DNA from: Cyanophora paradoxa CCMP329
Lineage: Eukaryota; Plantae; Glaucophyta
Reading direction: 5' to 3'
NCBI GenBank assembly: GCA_004431415.1
Contig: QPMI01000637.1
Coordinates: 124,001 to 188,000 of the forward strand
DNA: 64,000 bases
Made by a program: the position numbers and the translations under genes. The notes beneath the pieces are model-generated. The model did not search any database and was not told where the DNA came from. It saw only the letters and a program-made list of their open reading frames with translations. Shown here in pieces: positions 58,608-64,000 of the stretch (positions are counted from its first letter, which is position 1; each line of letters opens with the position of its first letter).

Positions 58608-59051
58608 GGGCGGGGGCGAGGGCCTCGGGAGAGGCGCCGCCGCGGCCGGGCCCGACGCCGGGCCGCGAGACGATCACGCAGACCGTCGTGTTGCCGTTCG
58701 CCGCGCTCGGGAAGCTGGCGGCGGCGGCCGCCGCCGCCTGCGCCGCCGCCTGCGCCGCCGCCTGCGCCGCCTGCAGCTGGGCGGTGGCGTCGCCCTTGCC
58801 GGCCCCGCCCAGCGAGGCGCGCTCGCGGGGCGGCGAGGAGGCGCGCGGCCCGCCCCCGCCGCTGCTCCGCGGCTGCGCCCGCGCCGCCGCGCGGGGCTCG
58901 CGACGGGCTCGGCCGCCGGCTGCCGCCGCAGTGCCGCCGCGCGTACTCGGCGCGTACTACCCCCGGTAGACTGCTACGTATATACTAGTACGGTACTATC
59001 CGCGTAGCTTGAATCATATGCTTCAGCCTTCAGATGGGCCCCCGGGGGTAC
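58608..59051 (-). pseudogene. Duplicated exon fragment of the neighbouring coiled-coil gene
   Basis: Near-identical to 53863-54176, with small insertions and a ~100-bp palindrome-rich insert at 58927-59027. Confidence 0.85.
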
Positions 59052-59458
59052 ACCTACGCACATTCGGATTCATTGCATAGTAAGTACAACTCGCATGAAA
59101 TTGCAAGCTGGATTGTTGCGCGCCGCGGCCCGGCGGCGGCCGTCGCGGTCTCGTCGTCTCGAGAGTCGAGTCTCGACTCTCGACTTTCGGTTAGAGGCTC
59201 CAACTAGCCTCCAAGGAGCTTCGAGATCGTCGACGAGACACGCGTACGCGTCCGCGACTCCGATCCGGATCGTATATGCAATAGCTAATACCGTAGTAAT
59301 ACGTAATACGCATACGTATACTCGGCGTAATACTCGCGCCGGGTGGCCTGTTATCAATGGCGCTGAATCTACGCGGGGCATGATTCATACGTCAACGTGG
59401 ACGCGACTCACCGTAGGCACGCGAGTCGATCACGCGACAACGCGTACCGGTAGTCGTC

Positions 59459-59515
59459 GCGTACCGCGGCGTACCGCCGCGTACCGCGGCGTACCGCCGC
59501 GTACCGCGGCGTACG
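59459..59515. repeat. 10-bp tandem repeat gcgtaccgc(g/c)
   Basis: About 5.5 units. Confidence 0.8.
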
Positions 59516-60079
59516 TCGACGTCAGATTTAAATTGACAGTTGCAACTTGCAATTGTTTTTGAACTTATAATTTTAATATAATTAGACCGCAAGGTCCGCA
59601 ACCTTAAGTAAAAAACGATTTGCTTGATTCATGACTCGCGTCGGTTCGGCGCTTGTACCAATCGCAATGCGCGAATCGCCCGCGAGCTCGAGCTCCGGCC
59701 CCCGGGCCTCCGGCGGGAGTCCGGCCGCGGGCCCCCGGGCCGGGCCTCCTGCATGAGCCGGCGAGGCTTGAGCTTGATCCTCCAGCTCCCACTGCCTCCC
59801 AGCCTCCCACTGTAAAACACTTAATTAATGCGCCAGATATTATATATTATAATGTAATTAGTGCGTTTTTGGAGTTAAATTTGGAGTCAATTTTGGACCC
59901 GCCAACCCGGACCGTACGTACCCCTTCGCGGTACCAAATGATGACTCATGATCAGTAAATGTGTTTAAAGTTTCTGTAATCCGTGCAGTGGTTTTGCATT
60001 ATATTACTTACTGACAAGTTACTATGCGATCCGAATTCGAAGTTCGAATTCCCAGGAATCCCAGCTTGCCAAGGCTTGA

Positions 60080-60272
60080 TCGCGAGTCGCGACGTCGACT
60101 CCGTGACTCGCTCGCGAGTCGCGAGACTCCGAGTCGCCGAGTGAGTTGCAACTTGCAAGTTGCAACTGCGAGCTCGAGTCGCGACTCAGTGAGTTGCAAC
60201 TTGCAAGTTGCAACTGCGAGCTCGAGTCGCGACTTGCAAGTTGCAACTGCGAGCTCGATCGCGAGCTCGAGC
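60080..60272. repeat. Palindromic tandem array (48-bp unit gagttgcaacttgcaagttgcaactgcgagctcgagtcgcgact...)
   Basis: Two full units and one partial unit, built from overlapping palindromes. Confidence 0.75.
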
Positions 60273-62662
60273 CCGCGGACCGTTGACGTTCCGAAGTTCG
60301 TCGGCCTCCTAGGAGTCTGGGACTCTTGTCTGTGAGCCTGTGAGGCTGTGACTCCTGCGGCGAGTCCTGCCAGGCTGTGGCTCAGCCGCTCAGGCAGTGT
60401 TGTCATCATGATGCACACGGCCGTCCAGGCATCATGATGCGTCAATTATGATCCATCATGATCGATCATGACGTCTTCCCGCGGTCAGAATCGTTTCCCA
60501 GGGCATTTCCCACTCCTATTTCGCTGCGCGGGCTCTCTGCTGCGTTTCTAATGCATCGCGACGTGTTTAAGACTCATTTCTGACCAGTCTGGATAGATAT
60601 TGGGCCCAGGGTTGGCCTGAAAGAGGTCCACACCCCCCTCTTCCCAAGATTTTTGAGGCAGAGGAGTGGTTGATCAACCTCCTTCAATGTCAAGATGGTG
60701 TGTTATGTGTTTTAAAAGCTGTGTTAAGCGTCTCCGCACCCATTCTCAAAGTGCGAATCGGTGCGATCTTGCATCGCCAGTGGCAAAGGGTGGTGCCCCC
60801 TGTACCCCCCACGGCAACACAGCAGCCTTTCAGCATCGTCAGAATCGCTCCAAACCTCCTCTGACTAGCATATACGGTGTCGTTAAGTTGTTTAGATCGC
60901 ATAAGAGGTCGTTAAAAAAGCGCAGGCGACCAGAAACACGAGATTTATGCACTGTACAGGTACCCCCCCTCACATCATGATGACGATCATCATAATCCGA
61001 GGTCATCATGATGCGTTAATGACGTCTCATCATGATGGCGTCATCATGATGTGTGCATCATGATGACAGCACTGCGCTCAGGCTGTGAATCGAGCCTGTG
61101 ATCTCATGAGGAGTCGGAGACTCGGAGACTCGGAGGCTCGCGATCGGAGCCTCGGAATCTGGCTCGGATTTCGAAAGTTTGACTCGGACCCTGGCCATGC
61201 CATCATTGCCATGATGGAAAATACTACTGTCGCCAGTCTGTCGGTCCAGTGTCGGACAGTGTCGGTACCAAATTATGTCGGTCCGGGCATGAATCCGCAT
61301 GATCTAACGACAGAATTTGGGACCGTCACTGAGTCATAAAACGGGTACAGGTCGCCCCATACAATGAACCGCCGCACACAAACCTGAAAATTTCATGACG
61401 ACATAATTTGGGACCGTCATATTTCACCAAGAGAAGGGTCATGCATATGCAAGTTTTATAACGACATAAATCTGTCAGCCATATTTTTGTGTTACACGGT
61501 AGGCTACGACTCGGGCTACGAGTCACCGTTACGGGCCTACTAGTACTTAGTAGTAAGTTAGTACTACTTACTAAGTTACGGCAACTTCCGGGCCGGAAGT
61601 TCCGGCCCCGGCCGCGGTTACGGGCCTTACCGTATACTACTAGGCTAGTACGTACTACGTAGTACGGCTCTACATGTACACTGTGACAGTTACTACAGTA
61701 TCATCAACCTCTAGATCTGTGGCGCGATTAAGCGCGATTTCCGCCATGCTGCGCTGCAGCTGCCTGCCGCAGTGCGCATGCCGCACTGCGGCGCAGCGGC
61801 AGTGCATGCGCATGCACTGCGCACACGTGCACGGCCCAAATGCGCCAATGCAGCGCCATACATATAGCTGCGCATGCGGCGTACCGGTAGCCTCGTACTA
61901 CGGTAGTTATAATTATAAATTACTAGTTAAGTTAGCCTACTAAGTAATAGCGAGGGTAGGCGCTTGCAATCGCGGCGCTGCGCCGCACACGGCGCACTCG
62001 CCGCGTGACTCGCGCCGACTCGGCGACTCTCTCGGCGAACTTCGGAATCCGCGCGCGCACTGGCAAGCTCTAATCCTCGTCGGGCTCGGTAGTTTGAAAG
62101 CCGCGAAGCCTGCAGCTACATATACCGCGCCGTTTCCTGCAGCCGTTTGATACGTTACGTATACAGACCCAATATCCGCCTGGGAGATCTAGACGTAGCT
62201 TCGGGCTCAAGCTCCCTAGATAGATAGGCCTAGGCCTGCAGTCGCAGATTGCCGCATGCGCTGCGCCGCAACGCTGGAATCGGTGGACGGGTTTTCATGG
62301 CTGCTGAACTAAGCATATGCATGCATCGGGAGCGGCATGCGCATTCCGAAGCGGAATACCAGTCGCTGGCGTCAAGGCCGACAAGCGCCAGCGGCCACAT
62401 GCATATGCATATGCATGTGCATGATGATTATGCCGTCGAAGAAACTAAGCGGAAATCAACCGCGCTTACGGTTGCTGCGCATGTATGTGCTTTCCAGACG
62501 GCCGAGCGTGGCGCTGTGTCAGCTGCAGCCTGTAGGTTTGCATACGGCCATAGCATACACAGCTCTAAACCAAGCTATAGGTCGCGCGCGCGGCGCTCAG
62601 CTGCAGAGCAACCGTGTACAGCTTCGCTGCGGCCGCGAAACGCAGCGTCTGTGTACACGCAC

Positions 62663-64000
62663 ATGCGTATAGCGCTTTTCCTGCTCTGCGCGATGCATCT
62701 CGCTCAACGGGGAGTCTCTGCACTCGGTACGACTTCTTGCATTAGGAAGAACATGTGTATATTCACATTAGCACAACCGTATATTGATGCTATTCACATT
62801 TGCACAACAGCTAACATTCCCGCATCGAGCGAGCCTCAATTTGGTGGCTTCGTCACGCCTGATCAAGAGCATGTTAGCTGTGGTGCGCATGTGCATTCAT
62901 ATCAATTAATTGCCTTCAGAGCTTGTTTGCATGCCATATATATGCATGCATATGCTTCTCGACAGAGCTGCAGAGTCGCGATCATCGTATCTTGAGCTTG
63001 ATCTAATTTCCACTCCTCCCCAGATCATGGAAACGACGCATCAGACCCTATCTATTACGGTGAGTTTCAGAGCAGCTGCAGATGGCGTGCCCTTGCGGTG
63101 CTTATAATTATCTCGTTCGGATTCGCAGGAATGACGGCGAAGTGCAGTGTGTGGTGGCTTTGCGAGGAGCCTGCGGCCTGCGGGCTCGTCGAAGTCGCTC
63201 TCATGAACCCCAACGGCCAAAACTTCACCCGGGATCCGGCCTTCGCCCCATGTGAGTTTTTTCACCAACGCTTGAAATCCCTATACGGAGTACCTAGGGC
63301 CTGCGCCAGATTCTTATCTCTATATCTCCTTATTGCTATCTAATCTGGCCAGATTTTTACATCTTTCTATCCTTCTATGTATAGCTAATTTGAGCCGTCC
63401 CCAGCGCTGGTTGACTGGACACCGACCGCTTCAATCCCTGTCAACAACGATGTTCTGTACCCGGGGTATCTGATTCAGAAGTGGACCTTCCGCGTGGGGC
63501 AGATCGCGGTGCATACGCATATGCATTCTATGTATTTTTGCACTACCTTTAACACAATAGCTGGTTTTAAACAATTGAATAAAACTTGGTTCTGTTGAGA
63601 AGGGAACCCACAAGATCGATCGCGCAGAAACTCAACTACTCCTATGGAGTCACGAGGGATCTCGTCTTTTTGTGAGTCCTTCTTTTTCTAGAAGGGTTTA
63701 AAAAAATATTCTACGCTCGTTTTAAAACTCGCCCATGCACAGGTGGAAGGACACTCGGTCGGGGTACAATCAGGACTGGCGACGAGTATTGTTGGCGGGG
63801 ACCCTCGTTCGCAAACCGCTGGACTTCAGTCGTGCGTTATCGACTGGAGCACTAAGCTCAAGATGGATGACTGGCACGTCCCGATGTTTTGCCTGAATCC
63901 TGTGCTTTTTTTCGTGGCAGAGCTCGGAATTTTTCCCGAGTTGGACATGCTCAAGTGCAGCGGGACTGATGCGTCGGATCTGGTCGACCTGAATGACCTG
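62663..64000 (+). CDS. 5' part of a possible secreted protein gene (runs off the window)
   Basis: MRIALFLLCAMHLAQRGVSAL is a signal-peptide-like start, followed by short exons and GT-AG introns; frames not fully resolved. Confidence 0.35.

Noticed and set aside
60470-61500. Possible old transposon remnant with aatttgggaccgtca repeats
   Set aside because: No termini, TSD or coding similarity could be established.

Overview
Eukaryotic nuclear DNA with very GC-rich genes, many 50-80 nt introns (often GC-AG) and palindrome-saturated intergenic DNA. The style suggests an alga or protist such as a glaucophyte (inference only). Genes: two degenerate coiled-coil/RING paralogues (one carrying a SUMO-protease-like fragment), a DUF4062-P-loop-TPR gene, a trypsin-like protease, a PPC-like repeat protein, a TRAF-like RING-ZnF-MATH protein, a GBP-like protein lacking its P-loop, a hybrid sensor histidine kinase, a coiled-coil/PH-like protein and several hypothetical genes. 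Mobile DNA: a nest of TA-flanked MITEs (2.6-6 kb), a deleted Ty3/gypsy element with identical 107-bp TA...TA LTRs, and a DIRS-type tyrosine-recombinase retrotransposon (43400-51416) whose gag is split by a CACTA element. Two observations stand out. (1) The DIRS element is built as two abutting modules, gag and RT/RNaseH/MT+YR. Each is bracketed by its own perfect inverted repeat and headed by the same 31-bp leader, so the internal complementary region sits between gag and pol. (2) Paralogue comparisons repeatedly show the same micro-mutation, a 3-nt inverted triplication (X to X-X'-X), which could account for the palindrome-rich intergenic DNA. Exon boundaries were read by eye and are approximate.
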